A stretch of 64,000 bases of DNA from positions 25,357 through 89,356 of the forward strand of contig JAEUUU010000013.1 of assembly GCA_016787345.1 (NCBI GenBank). The letters are read 5' to 3'. The notes under the pieces are model-generated. The model had not been told where the DNA came from, did no database searches, and worked only from the letters and a program-made list of their open reading frames with translations. Positions 52,593 through 64,000 of this stretch are shown piece after piece. Made by a program: the position numbers and the translations under genes. Origin of the DNA: Saprospiraceae bacterium (GTDB lineage Bacteria; Bacteroidota; Bacteroidia; Chitinophagales; Saprospiraceae). Within the stretch, counting starts at the first letter, position 1. Each line of letters begins with the position of its first letter.

Positions 52593-53486
52593 TCATTTTC
52601 TCATATCGAGCAGCATTTCTCCATCCATCAGCGAGCGGAGTCGGAAAGACTCGCTTGTCCCGTTGTCCCAGTTGAAATGCAGGTACCCATTGTCGGAAAG
52701 CGACCACGTGCCGGTCAAGGTTGAATATTCCAGTTGATAAGAGGAGGGCGTGCACTTCTGTGCCCGGTGATCGGGCATAAACCAGATAACCCAGCTGCCG
52801 TGATGGGCATAAGCGTTGCGCGGGGGAGGGCCATTCCAGTTTCTCCAGACGGTCAGTTGGTGGCTGTCGTCGCAATACACCCAGCTGCCGTACAGTGCCT
52901 GGTAAATGATTGTCGTATCGCTGCTGAGCGCCAGGTTGTGTTGTTTTTCAGGGCCGGGCAGGCCGGCGGAGAAGTGAATCGAACGCCAGTCGTACACTTT
53001 CGGCCTGATTTCCCTGATTTTTGTCCAGCTCCCCTGTTTTTGTCCGTCGGCATAATAACCCGACCAAAAAAAGCCTGCCGAGTCGGTTTCCTGCCAGTAT
53101 CCGTCGGGGATCAAGCGCCAGTTGGTGTCGATCTGCTCGATTTCTCCATAGCTATCCGGATCGAAAGTGAGTATAGTGTCGATCAACGGATGTTCGAGGT
53201 CGGGGCGCATCGGGCCGCGCCGGAAACGCCAGGCGCCCGCGGTATCGCGGGAATTGAACAGCCACCGGTCGCCGTCGATCCGGATAAACTCTTCCCGGAT
53301 GTCGCGCCGGTCGCCATAGTACCAACGGATGGCCAGCGGAACGGCCTGTTGTTGTGGGTAGTAGTATATGACCTCGGTTCGGTCCCAGTCTGCGCTGTCC
53401 CAGAAGATGATATGATCGTCGATGAATGGTTGGGCGGGCAGCAACGCCGGCAGGAAGGCGAAGAGCAAGAACAGGCGGTGTGGCAT
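52593..53486 (-). CDS. Secreted hypothetical protein (Trp/Tyr-rich, one MORN-like motif)
   Basis: Start trimmed to 53486 ('MPHRLFLLFAFLPALLPAQ', a signal peptide). 'GYYADGQKQGSWT' resembles a MORN/YwqK-type repeat. No family assigned. Confidence 0.55.
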   Translation of the reverse strand: MPHRLFLLFAFLPALLPAQPFIDDHIIFWDSADWDRTEVIYYYPQQQAVPLAIRWYYGDRRDIREEFIRIDGDRWLFNSRDTAGAWRFRRGPMRPDLEHPLIDTILTFDPDSYGEIEQIDTNWRLIPDGYWQETDSAGFFWSGYYADGQKQGSWTKIREIRPKVYDWRSIHFSAGLPGPEKQHNLALSSDTTIIYQALYGSWVYCDDSHQLTVWRNWNGPPPRNAYAHHGSWVIWFMPDHRAQKCTPSSYQLEYSTLTGTWSLSDNGYLHFNWDNGTSESFRLRSLMDGEMLLDMRK

Positions 53487-53629
53487 GGCGTATGGTTGGA
53501 GATTTGAGGGATAGAACGTATTTTTGTGCTGAAAGCGGACGTAAAACATTTTGGATGTGTGCGCGGCGCGGTCAATATTTGACATAGCACGTGGCGTTAC
53601 GCGGTTTTCAAATCCGTAGGTAGGTTGAC

Positions 53630-54058
53630 CTATCTGCGGATTTTTGTTTTATAGAACGTCTGCATCATAATTTCTTTTCTACCTGTACGAATCTCTTCGA
53701 CATAGAAAAAGCGAAACTCAGGAAAGGTTTTTTCATAAAAAATGACTCGATTGCCGAGTTTGCTCATGCCGATGACCAGAATATCGGGCTTGCTCACCAC
53801 CACCTCAATTAGCAAGAAATCTTCTTGAACAATTCCGATCTGCCCCCTTTTCAATTCTGCCTCTTCGTTTCCGTGTTTTTTAAAAACGTGTCTGACAGCA
53901 TTCGTGTCAATCTTTCTTTTAAATCCTTGCAAATCAAGGCCTATCATTTGTTTTAGTTTTTCAACTTCTGTATCCTCCAATTCATGCATAACCCATTTCA
54001 GGGTCTGTTGCCCGTTTGACAACAAGGCGGATTGAATAAATTCAAGCAGGGTTTTCAT
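53630..54058 (-). CDS. Small low-GC gene, possibly PBECR-type (Barnase/EndoU/ColicinE5-D/RelE-like) nuclease-fold protein
   Basis: 142-aa ORF in a visibly AT-richer patch. '[45 protein letters not shown]' resembles the 'xxRHixkrHg...pit.eDf..ipeii..pd' core I recall for PBECR domains. Not verified by HMM. Confidence 0.5.
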   Translation of the reverse strand: MKTLLEFIQSALLSNGQQTLKWVMHELEDTEVEKLKQMIGLDLQGFKRKIDTNAVRHVFKKHGNEEAELKRGQIGIVQEDFLLIEVVVSKPDILVIGMSKLGNRVIFYEKTFPEFRFFYVEEIRTGRKEIMMQTFYKTKIRR

Positions 54059-54114
54059 AGTAAACGGGTGATATTCCGGCTTAAAATTAACACCATTTGT
54101 TTTAAAAATTCTTT

Positions 54115-54142
54115 TTTGCCCGCCTGAATCCGCCTATCTTTG
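54115..54142 (+). promoter_or_regulatory. Bacteroidota-type promoter candidate for uvrA (-33 TTTG / -7 TAnnTTTG)
   Basis: 'tttg' at 54115-54118 and 'tatctttg' at 54135-54142, with a 16-nt spacer. The site is 49 nt upstream of the ATG at 54191. Confidence 0.35.
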
Positions 54143-54190
54143 CGGGTTCCGAACCGCCAACCTTTACCCGTTCCCAGCGTTTTACCGGCC

Positions 54191-57061
<2,871 letters not shown>

Positions 57062-57225
57062 TTCGGGCGAATGTTCCCCATTCAGCGGGAATGCCCGGTT
57101 TCCTGGAACGGTAGTACCGCTATTGATGGCGAATCCGCATAAGCCTTTGAGGTAAGTAGACCACGACTTTACCCCGTTCGTTACATTTGTCCGGCCAATC
57201 CCGGCTCACTGATTATCCCTCCTGT

Positions 57226-60200
57226 ATGAATCTTTCCGACCTGTCGCTCCGCCGCCCTGTTTTAGCCACCGTCATGAGCATCCTGATCGTCGTGTTCGGC
57301 GTAATCGGATACCGCTTCCTGGGCGTGCGCGAATACCCGGCCATCGATCCGCCCAACATCACCGTGCGCACCAACTACACAGGCGCCAATGCCGAGGTGA
57401 TTGAAAGCCAGATCACCGAGCCGCTCGAAAAAGCCATCAACGGGGTTGCCGGTATCCGCACAATTTCCTCCAACTCCGCCCTGGGCGCCAGCGTGATTAC
57501 CGTGGAGTTCGAACTGGGCGCCGACCTTGAACGCGCCGCCAACGACGTGCGCGACAAGGTCAGTCAGGCCGTGCGCTCCCTTCCGCAGGACATCGACGGG
57601 CCGCCCGTCGTGCAAAAAGCCGATGCCTCAAGCGACCCAATCATCTTCGTACCGCTGCAAAGCGCTTCCCGAAGCCTGGTAGACCTCAGCGATTACGCGG
57701 AAAACGTGCTGCTCGAACGCTTCCAAACCATTCCCGGCGTGTCGGCCGTCAATATTTTCGGGCAAAAACGCCCGGCCATGCGCCTGTGGATGGACCCCGC
57801 CAAACTGGTCGCCTTCGGCCTCAACGTGCAGGACGTACAGGCCGCCCTCAACCGCGAAAACGTAGAGTTGCCCGCCGGCAAGGTGCGCGGCGACGTGACC
57901 GAGCTCACCGTCAAAACCTTCGGCCGCCTTACTACCGAGGAGGAATTCAACAACATGATCATCCGGCAAACCGCCGGTCAGACCATCCGTTTCCGCGATG
58001 TGGGCGAGGCTGTTCTCGGCCCCGAAGACGAAGAAAGCGGCGCCCGCCGCAACAATATCCAGGGCTTGTCGATGGCTATTATCCCGCAGCCCGGTTCCAA
58101 CTACGTGGAAATTGCCGACGAGTTTTACAAACGTTTCGAACAGATCAAAAAAGAACTGCCGCCCGACATGATCATCGATGTCGGGATCGACAAGTCAAAA
58201 TTCGTGCGGCGCGCTATTTCGGAAGTAGAAGAAACCCTGATCATCGCCATCTCGCTGGTGGTGCTGATCATTTTCCTCTTTTTCCGCAGCTGGCTGATCG
58301 CCCTCCGCCCGCTGATCGACATCCCCGTGTCGCTGATCGGCGCATTTTTTATCATGTACCTCTTCGGCTTTACCATCAACGTGCTCACCCTGCTCGCCAT
58401 CGTATTGGCTACCGGCCTGGTGGTCGACGACGGGATTGTAGTCACGGAGAATATTTTCAAAAAGATCGAAGCCGGTATGGACAAGTGGACGGCCGCGCGG
58501 GAGGGCACCCGGGAGATCTTTTTTGCCGTTATTTCCACCTCCATCACCCTGGCCGTGGTGTTTATCCCGGTAATCTTTTTACAAGGCTTTACCGGCCGTT
58601 TGTTTCGCGAATTCGGGATCGTGGTGGCCGGGGCCGTCCTGATCTCGGCTTTTGTTTCGCTTACCCTTACCCCTGTGCTCAACGTCAAACTGGGTGGCAA
58701 AGCGCACGAACACGGCTGGTTTTACCGGGTTACCGAGCCGTTTTTTGAAGGCATGGACCGCCTGTATGGTAACAGTTTGCGGGCGTTTATGAACGTCCGC
58801 TGGCTCAGCCTCGTCCTCTTGCTGGCTTGTTTCTGGATGATCTGGTTTTTTCAAAAAAACATCAAATCCGAATTGGCGCCGCTGGAAGACCGCTCCCTGA
58901 TCCGCGCCAACATCACCGCGCCGGAAGGAACCGATTTCGACCAGACGGAGCAGGTGATTATGGACATCGCCCAGCTGGCCATGGACTCCATTCCGGAGCA
59001 ACGCATGGTGTTCGGCATTACCGCGCCGGGGCGTTTTACGGCCGGGGGCACCAATACAGGCTTTATCAGCGTCATGCTCTCCGATCCGCAGGAACGCGGA
59101 CGCAGCCAACAACAGGTGTACGATCAGATGGTGCGCATGTACCGCCGTTATACCGGCGCGCGGGTATTCCCCAATCAGGAACAAACCATTTCCACCAGCC
59201 TTGCCTCCGGCTTCGGCTTGCCGGTGCAGTTTGTGGTGCAAAACCTGGATTTTAAAAAATTACAGGAAAAAGTGCCTCAATTCCTCGAAGAAGCGCGCAA
59301 AGACCCCACTTTCGCCAACGTCGACGTCAACCTGAAATTCAACAAACCCGAACTCCAGGTTGAGATCGACCGCCTGCGCGCCGCCGAACTGGGCGTGAGC
59401 GTGCTTGACATCAGCAACACCCTGCAACTGGCCCTCTCCGGCCGCCGCTTCGGGTATTTCCTGATGAACGGCAAACAATATCAGGTCATCGGTCAGGTCG
59501 ACCGCGCCGAGCGCGACGAACCGCTCGACCTGGCTTCGCTCTACGTGCGCAACAACCGGGGGGCCATGGTTCAGCTCGACAACGTGGTGCATTTTGTCGA
59601 AACCAGCAATCCGCCCACCCTTTACCACTACAACCGCTACAAAAGCGCCACGTTCAGCGCGGCACTGGCGCCCGGAAAAACCCTGGGCGAAGGCATTGCC
59701 GCCATGGAGGCTATTGCAGGAAAGTTGCTCGACGATACGTTCGAGACGGATTTGAGCGGCGCCTCCCGCGATTTTCGCGAAAGTTCGGGCAACACGTTTT
59801 TTGCCTTTTTCCTGGCGCTGGGTTTGATTTACCTCATCCTGGCTGCCCAGTTTGAAAGCTTCCGCGATCCGTTCATCATCATGCTGACCGTTCCGCTGGC
59901 CATTGCAGGCGCCTACCTCTCGCTTTGGCTTTCGGGCAATACGTTCAATATTTTCTCCCAGATCGGCATGATCATGCTCATCGGCCTGGTTACCAAAAAC
60001 GGCATCCTGATCGTCGAATTTGCCAACCAGAAGATGCGCAGCGGCCGCGATCTCTCCAAATTAGAGGCCGTGGTAGAAGCCGCACAGGCCCGCCTGCGCC
60101 CGATCCTGATGACCACCCTGGCCACAGTGCTGGGCGCCTTGCCCATCGCCATGGCCCTGGGCGCCGCTTCCACGAGCCGCATACCGCTCGGGATAGTGGT

Positions 60201-60300
60201 CGTCGGCGGTTTGTTGTTTTCGCTTGTGCTGACCTTGTTTGTCATTCCGGCGATGTACGTCTTTCTGAGCGGGAAAAAGCGGGCTTCCACACACGATTAA
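57226..60300 (+). CDS. RND efflux transporter permease (AcrB/HAE1-like)
   Basis: 'LSLRRPVLATVMSILIVVFG' start and a 12-TM/2-loop architecture. 'ATGLVVDDGIVVTENI' and 'LIGLVTKNGILIVEFAN' are conserved TM4/TM10 regions. Confidence 0.93.
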   Translation: MNLSDLSLRRPVLATVMSILIVVFGVIGYRFLGVREYPAIDPPNITVRTNYTGANAEVIESQITEPLEKAINGVAGIRTISSNSALGASVITVEFELGADLERAANDVRDKVSQAVRSLPQDIDGPPVVQKADASSDPIIFVPLQSASRSLVDLSDYAENVLLERFQTIPGVSAVNIFGQKRPAMRLWMDPAKLVAFGLNVQDVQAALNRENVELPAGKVRGDVTELTVKTFGRLTTEEEFNNMIIRQTAGQTIRFRDVGEAVLGPEDEESGARRNNIQGLSMAIIPQPGSNYVEIADEFYKRFEQIKKELPPDMIIDVGIDKSKFVRRAISEVEETLIIAISLVVLIIFLFFRSWLIALRPLIDIPVSLIGAFFIMYLFGFTINVLTLLAIVLATGLVVDDGIVVTENIFKKIEAGMDKWTAAREGTREIFFAVISTSITLAVVFIPVIFLQGFTGRLFREFGIVVAGAVLISAFVSLTLTPVLNVKLGGKAHEHGWFYRVTEPFFEGMDRLYGNSLRAFMNVRWLSLVLLLACFWMIWFFQKNIKSELAPLEDRSLIRANITAPEGTDFDQTEQVIMDIAQLAMDSIPEQRMVFGITAPGRFTAGGTNTGFISVMLSDPQERGRSQQQVYDQMVRMYRRYTGARVFPNQEQTISTSLASGFGLPVQFVVQNLDFKKLQEKVPQFLEEARKDPTFANVDVNLKFNKPELQVEIDRLRAAELGVSVLDISNTLQLALSGRRFGYFLMNGKQYQVIGQVDRAERDEPLDLASLYVRNNRGAMVQLDNVVHFVETSNPPTLYHYNRYKSATFSAALAPGKTLGEGIAAMEAIAGKLLDDTFETDLSGASRDFRESSGNTFFAFFLALGLIYLILAAQFESFRDPFIIMLTVPLAIAGAYLSLWLSGNTFNIFSQIGMIMLIGLVTKNGILIVEFANQKMRSGRDLSKLEAVVEAAQARLRPILMTTLATVLGALPIAMALGAASTSRIPLGIVVVGGLLFSLVLTLFVIPAMYVFLSGKKRASTHD

Positions 60301-60318
60301 AAGTCCAAATCAATTACC

Positions 60319-61275
60319 ATGCGCATCCTTCCTCTGATCCTTCTGCAACTGCTCCTGAGCGCCGGAATAATGGCCCAAGGGACAGAAACCGTCCGTATTC
60401 CCGGCAGCAACATCACTTTCAACATGGCATTGCTGCCCGGCGGCGCATACCAGATGGGCAGCGCGGCCAATGAACCGGGGCGCGACGACGACGAAGGTCG
60501 GAACAGGGTACAACTCGACTCTTTCTGGATGGGAGTGTGCGAAGTGACCTGGGACGAGTTCGACCGCTTTCAATACGCGAAGTTTGATACGGATTCCACG
60601 ACCGCCGCCGAACCTTTCCGCGCCGATGCCGTGGCACGCCCCACGCCGCCCTATTTCGATTTTGTGTATGGCCGCGGTCGGGCCGGCGGCTATCCGGCGG
60701 CATCCATGACGCAACAGGCCGCTCTGCGTTATTGCCAGTGGCTCTCCGACAAAACCGGCGATTTTTACCGCCTGCCGACCGAGGCCGAATGGGAATACGC
60801 CTGCCGCGCCGGGGCATCTACCACTTATTCCTGGGGCGACGACCCCAAACAGGCCGGCGAATACGCCTGGTTTTACGACAACAGCGCGGGTTCCTATCAG
60901 AAAGTAGCGACCAAAAAGCCCAATGCCTGGGGCTTGTACGACATGCACGGTAATGTAGCCGAGTGGACCCTCGATTTTTACGTCGCCGATTATTTCAAAG
61001 AAGGCGACACGGTGTTGGTCAATCCGGTCGTTTTTCCTACAAAAAAGCACTCCCGCACTGTACGGGGCGGTTCGTTTGAAGATTACACCGAAGAGCTCCG
61101 CTGTGCCGACCGTCGCAAAAGCGAAATCAAATGGCAGGCCCGCGACCCGCAAATCCCGAAAAGCAAATGGTGGAATCCCGATTCGCCTTTCGTGGGCTTC
61201 CGTATTGTGCGCGAAACCGGTACAAAGACCAAGGCCGAAAGGGATGCTTTTTTTGAAAAAGCGATCAAGGACTAA
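60319..61275 (+). CDS. Formylglycine-generating enzyme (SUMF1/FGE-sulfatase) family protein, secreted
   Basis: Signal peptide present. 'FWMGVCEVTWDEF', 'YRLPTEAEWEYACRAG', 'PNAWGLYDMHGNVAEW' and 'RGGSF' motifs. Confidence 0.85.
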   Translation: MRILPLILLQLLLSAGIMAQGTETVRIPGSNITFNMALLPGGAYQMGSAANEPGRDDDEGRNRVQLDSFWMGVCEVTWDEFDRFQYAKFDTDSTTAAEPFRADAVARPTPPYFDFVYGRGRAGGYPAASMTQQAALRYCQWLSDKTGDFYRLPTEAEWEYACRAGASTTYSWGDDPKQAGEYAWFYDNSAGSYQKVATKKPNAWGLYDMHGNVAEWTLDFYVADYFKEGDTVLVNPVVFPTKKHSRTVRGGSFEDYTEELRCADRRKSEIKWQARDPQIPKSKWWNPDSPFVGFRIVRETGTKTKAERDAFFEKAIKD

Positions 61276-61814
61276 TGCTTCGTTTGTTTGTAACCTGCTG
61301 TTGCCTGAGCGTGTCTATTGGATTACATGCTCAAAACCTTTCGCTTCGCGATTCGCTGGTAGACCGTCTGGCACAGCGCAATTATGTCACCGGCTCGCTG
61401 ATCGTCACCGGATTGTATCAGGGGCCCCTGCAAATCGATCCGCAGTATAGCGACTATGCGCAGTTGCTGCCCTTGTTGAGAGAAGAAGACCTTTTTCCGT
61501 TGTTTCGACACGACAGCCTGGCCGTTGCGGCATTTGCTTTCAAAGCGGCCGTCGAGCGTTTTCCGCACTCGGTTGTCCCTATGCTGCGTACGGAATCGGC
61601 TCAACCGAGGGCGGGACGTTTTCCGGATTTTCTCAATACCTGTCAGGGAACCGTAATGAAAACGCTGTTCGATTTTATGCTCGGTGAGATCTGGCTTCAA
61701 ATGAAGACTGGCAAACTCGAACTTTCGAAAGAAGACCTTCAAACTTACGAGGCCATTAAAACAGCGCATCGTACCGGGCCGGCAAGTGAAAAAGACGTAC
61801 CCGAGGGCTTTTGA
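61275..61814 (+). CDS. Secreted hypothetical protein
   Basis: Signal peptide 'MLRLFVTCCCLSVSIGLHAQ'. The start overlaps the upstream stop (TAATG), which suggests translational coupling. Confidence 0.55.
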   Translation: MLRLFVTCCCLSVSIGLHAQNLSLRDSLVDRLAQRNYVTGSLIVTGLYQGPLQIDPQYSDYAQLLPLLREEDLFPLFRHDSLAVAAFAFKAAVERFPHSVVPMLRTESAQPRAGRFPDFLNTCQGTVMKTLFDFMLGEIWLQMKTGKLELSKEDLQTYEAIKTAHRTGPASEKDVPEGF

Positions 61815-61846
61815 GCATCGATAACATCACGTAAATGCTTTGTTCA

Positions 61847-62398
61847 ATGGCCTACCCAAACAAGATTATTCGCAACCCGCTTACCGGGCAAGACATCAAA
61901 TTCCTGCAAACTGCCCGTGATACCGACGGCGCATTACTGGAGATGGAATCCACCTATGCCGGTCATTCCACCGAACCCGCCCCGCATTACCATCCGCAGC
62001 AGGCGGAGGATTTCACGGTGCTGAGCGGCGAACTGAGCGTCCGGGTCAACGGCGAAATACAGCTGCTTAAGGCCGGCGATAGCATTCACATTCCCGCCAA
62101 TACCGTACATGGCATGTGGAACCACACCGATCAGCCTGTGGTGGTCAACTGGCAGGTGCGTCCGGCACTCGACACCGAACAACTGCTCGAAACCGGCATG
62201 GGGCTGGCTACCGATGGCAAAACGAATGCCCGGGGTATGCCCGGCATATTGCAGGTCGCGCTGATGGCCCGTCGTTTTTCGCGCGAATTCCGGCTGGCCC
62301 GGCCGCCGTTTTGGCTGCAAAAGACCCTCTTTTTCTTACTTGCGCCTTTCGCCCGGCTGGCCGGCTACCAGGCAACCTATCCGGATTATCTGGATTGA
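61847..62398 (+). CDS. Cupin domain protein
   Basis: 'HYHPQQAEDFTVLSGEL...GDSIHIPANTVHGMWN' are the cupin motifs 1 and 2. The start could be 61835. Confidence 0.75.
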   Translation: MAYPNKIIRNPLTGQDIKFLQTARDTDGALLEMESTYAGHSTEPAPHYHPQQAEDFTVLSGELSVRVNGEIQLLKAGDSIHIPANTVHGMWNHTDQPVVVNWQVRPALDTEQLLETGMGLATDGKTNARGMPGILQVALMARRFSREFRLARPPFWLQKTLFFLLAPFARLAGYQATYPDYLD

Positions 62399-62408
62399 AC
62401 CGATCTGT

Positions 62409-63128
62409 TCAGTTTTCTTCGATTTCAGGCGCTCCTTTCTCCTTGTTGGATGGCCCGAGTGTGATCTGGCAGCCCAACTGGAGAAAACTGCGCCCGATTT
62501 CATCCGTCAGCCGGTAGTCGAACTGATGTACCCAGCCGGCCGAATAACTGAACGCGCCGGAGCGCAAAACCAGTCCCAGAAACGATCGGTTGCGCTCGAA
62601 ATACGGCGCTCGGTTGGTGAGGAAAATTTCGTTCCAGACAGAGGCAAAGAGCTCTTTTTTCGGCGATCCCCAACCATACAACGGCGCCGACACCCCCAAC
62701 CGGTAACGAAAACGGTTGCGATAGCCATTTTTGGTAAACCGCTGTTCGGCACGGTAGCGGTGGTCGATATTGAGCTGGTAAAGGTGGTTGCGCATCCCGA
62801 TTTCCAGCCAGCTCCGAATCTCCTGCTGCGCCTTTGGCGACACAAAATTGCCGCCGGCCTGGTATGTATCATACCGACCTGCGCCGCCCGTGACCGCGAT
62901 CTGGTCGTTCAATTTCCAACTGATGCCGCCTTTTATCTCGTAATAATGAAACTGGTGATAAAAAGCCAGGCTGCGCAACTGGGCTTCACCAAACAGGGTA
63001 AGCCTCTGACCGGGTTGATAACGCAGATGCAGAATATTCCAGCTGCCCAATTGGGCCTGCGCCGCAATGCTGGTCAGCAGAAAGTACCAGAACAATCCTT
63101 TGCGTGAAAAAAGGTTGAACAATCTCAT
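62409..63128 (-). CDS. DUF2490-family outer-membrane-like protein
   Basis: 'LGSWNILHLRYQPGQRLTLFGEAQLRS...FHYYEIKGGISW' is typical of DUF2490. Start trimmed to the ATG at 63128. Confidence 0.78.
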   Translation of the reverse strand: MRLFNLFSRKGLFWYFLLTSIAAQAQLGSWNILHLRYQPGQRLTLFGEAQLRSLAFYHQFHYYEIKGGISWKLNDQIAVTGGAGRYDTYQAGGNFVSPKAQQEIRSWLEIGMRNHLYQLNIDHRYRAEQRFTKNGYRNRFRYRLGVSAPLYGWGSPKKELFASVWNEIFLTNRAPYFERNRSFLGLVLRSGAFSYSAGWVHQFDYRLTDEIGRSFLQLGCQITLGPSNKEKGAPEIEEN

Positions 63129-63233
63129 AGTCGTTTGATCGGGTAACAAAAAACGGGGCGGAAGGTAAGATCAATGCCGGTCTGTGTCAAAGCCTGATAC
63201 TATGCCCTATCTTTTCGGGCAAAATTCGCATAC

Positions 63234-64000
63234 ATGACACCCGCCGAACTCGCCCGCTGCCGCCTTTTAGGCCAACAATTGCCAAGCGGTCCGCACCAGA
63301 CCCCCAAAACGCTGGTGGCGCACATGGGCGCCATGCAGGCCCAGGATTTTGCCATGGCCAAATGGGCGCTTGGCATACGGATTCCCGGACTCACCGACGA
63401 GGCCGTCGAGCAAGCGCTGAACCGGGGGGAAATCATTCGCACCCATATCCTTCGCCCTACCTGGCATTTCGTGACGCCCGAAGACCTGCCCTGGATGCTG
63501 GCACTCACCGCACAGCCGATCCGCAATATTATGGCTTCCAACGACAAGCGCCTGGGCATCGACGCAGCCCTCGTGCACCGAACCAACGACATCGTCGGGC
63601 GGGCGCTCCGCGACGGCGATGCGCTGACCCGTGAAGAGATCGCAGGTTTGCTTCACCATGAAGGAATTGCCACCGACGAAAACCGCCTGTCGCATTTTCT
63701 TATGCACGCCGAACTGGACAGAATTGTAAAAACCGGGCCACGGCGGGGAAAACAGTTTACTTACGTCCGGCTCGAACTGCCGGAGGCCCCTGCGCGCTCC
63801 CGGGAAGAAAACCTGGCCGAACTCGCCCGACGCTATTTTACCAGCCACGGGCCCGCTACGATTCGGGATTTTCACTGGTGGTCGGGCCTTACGCTGGGCG
63901 AAGCGCGCAAAGGACTGGAGGCGGCCGCCGGTGATTTCCAGACGGTCGTTCTGGGCGATCAAACGTTTTATTTTTCGCCGTCTATCACCGATAACACCGG
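63234..64000 (+). CDS. Winged-helix AlkZ/YcaQ-like protein (DUF1006; crosslink-repair DNA glycosylase family), 3' end outside window
   Basis: My own translation from the ATG at 63234 stays open to the window end: 'MTPAELARCRLLGQQL...LVAHMGAMQAQDFAMAKWALGIR...IIRTHILRPTWHFV...LAELARRYFTSHGPATIRDFHWWSGL'. It is absent from the ORF track because it lacks a stop. Confidence 0.72.
   Translation, partial: MTPAELARCRLLGQQLPSGPHQTPKTLVAHMGAMQAQDFAMAKWALGIRIPGLTDEAVEQALNRGEIIRTHILRPTWHFVTPEDLPWMLALTAQPIRNIMASNDKRLGIDAALVHRTNDIVGRALRDGDALTREEIAGLLHHEGIATDENRLSHFLMHAELDRIVKTGPRRGKQFTYVRLELPEAPARSREENLAELARRYFTSHGPATIRDFHWWSGLTLGEARKGLEAAAGDFQTVVLGDQTFYFSPSITDNT

Noticed and set aside
53590-54130. Calling the low-GC islet a mobile element
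   Set aside because: I could recognise no integrase, transposase, tRNA target or flanking direct repeats. Only the composition shift and gene content are reported.

Overview
GC-rich chromosomal segment that looks like a Bacteroidota genome (Saprospiria/Cytophagia-like). Supporting this are two T9SS cargo proteins (type A and type B C-terminal sorting domains), GLPGLI, DUF3667 and DUF2490 proteins, and TAnnTTTG-type promoter motifs. About 55 protein genes are supportable, mostly housekeeping or envelope functions: dnaB, uvrA, a class A PBP, purS, rsmI, pssA, bcp, rfaE2, apbE, kynurenine 3-monooxygenase, a GH43 enzyme, an RND pump, and a TetR-TolC-HlyD-2xATPase-2xABC-2-permease efflux operon (ybhGFSR-like). 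I recognised no rRNA, tRNA, CRISPR array, transposase or integrase. Most notable observations: (1) An NLR-like STAND NTPase (NB-ARC + near-identical TPR repeats, no effector domain) lies 32 bp downstream of a 120-aa two-TM protein. That protein's tail carries two pseudo-repeats resembling the first ~17 residues of the NTPase, a HET-S/NWD2-like amyloid-signalling layout that may be an undescribed cell-death/defence module. (2) Four DnaA-box 9-mers (two perfect) fall within 77 bp of a 720-bp non-coding region upstream of dnaB. (3) Three families of structured intergenic repeats each occur twice. One pair flanks dnaB in inverted orientation, and one pair of ~400-bp arrays flanks a 5-kb gene block. 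(4) A low-GC islet next to uvrA holds a small PBECR-like gene. (5) There is an orphan Phd/YefM antitoxin, and DUF5682 and CoxE-type VWA genes are separated from each other. Many long ORFs in the six-frame track are antisense GC artefacts. Several real genes have spurious N-terminal extensions, which I trimmed.
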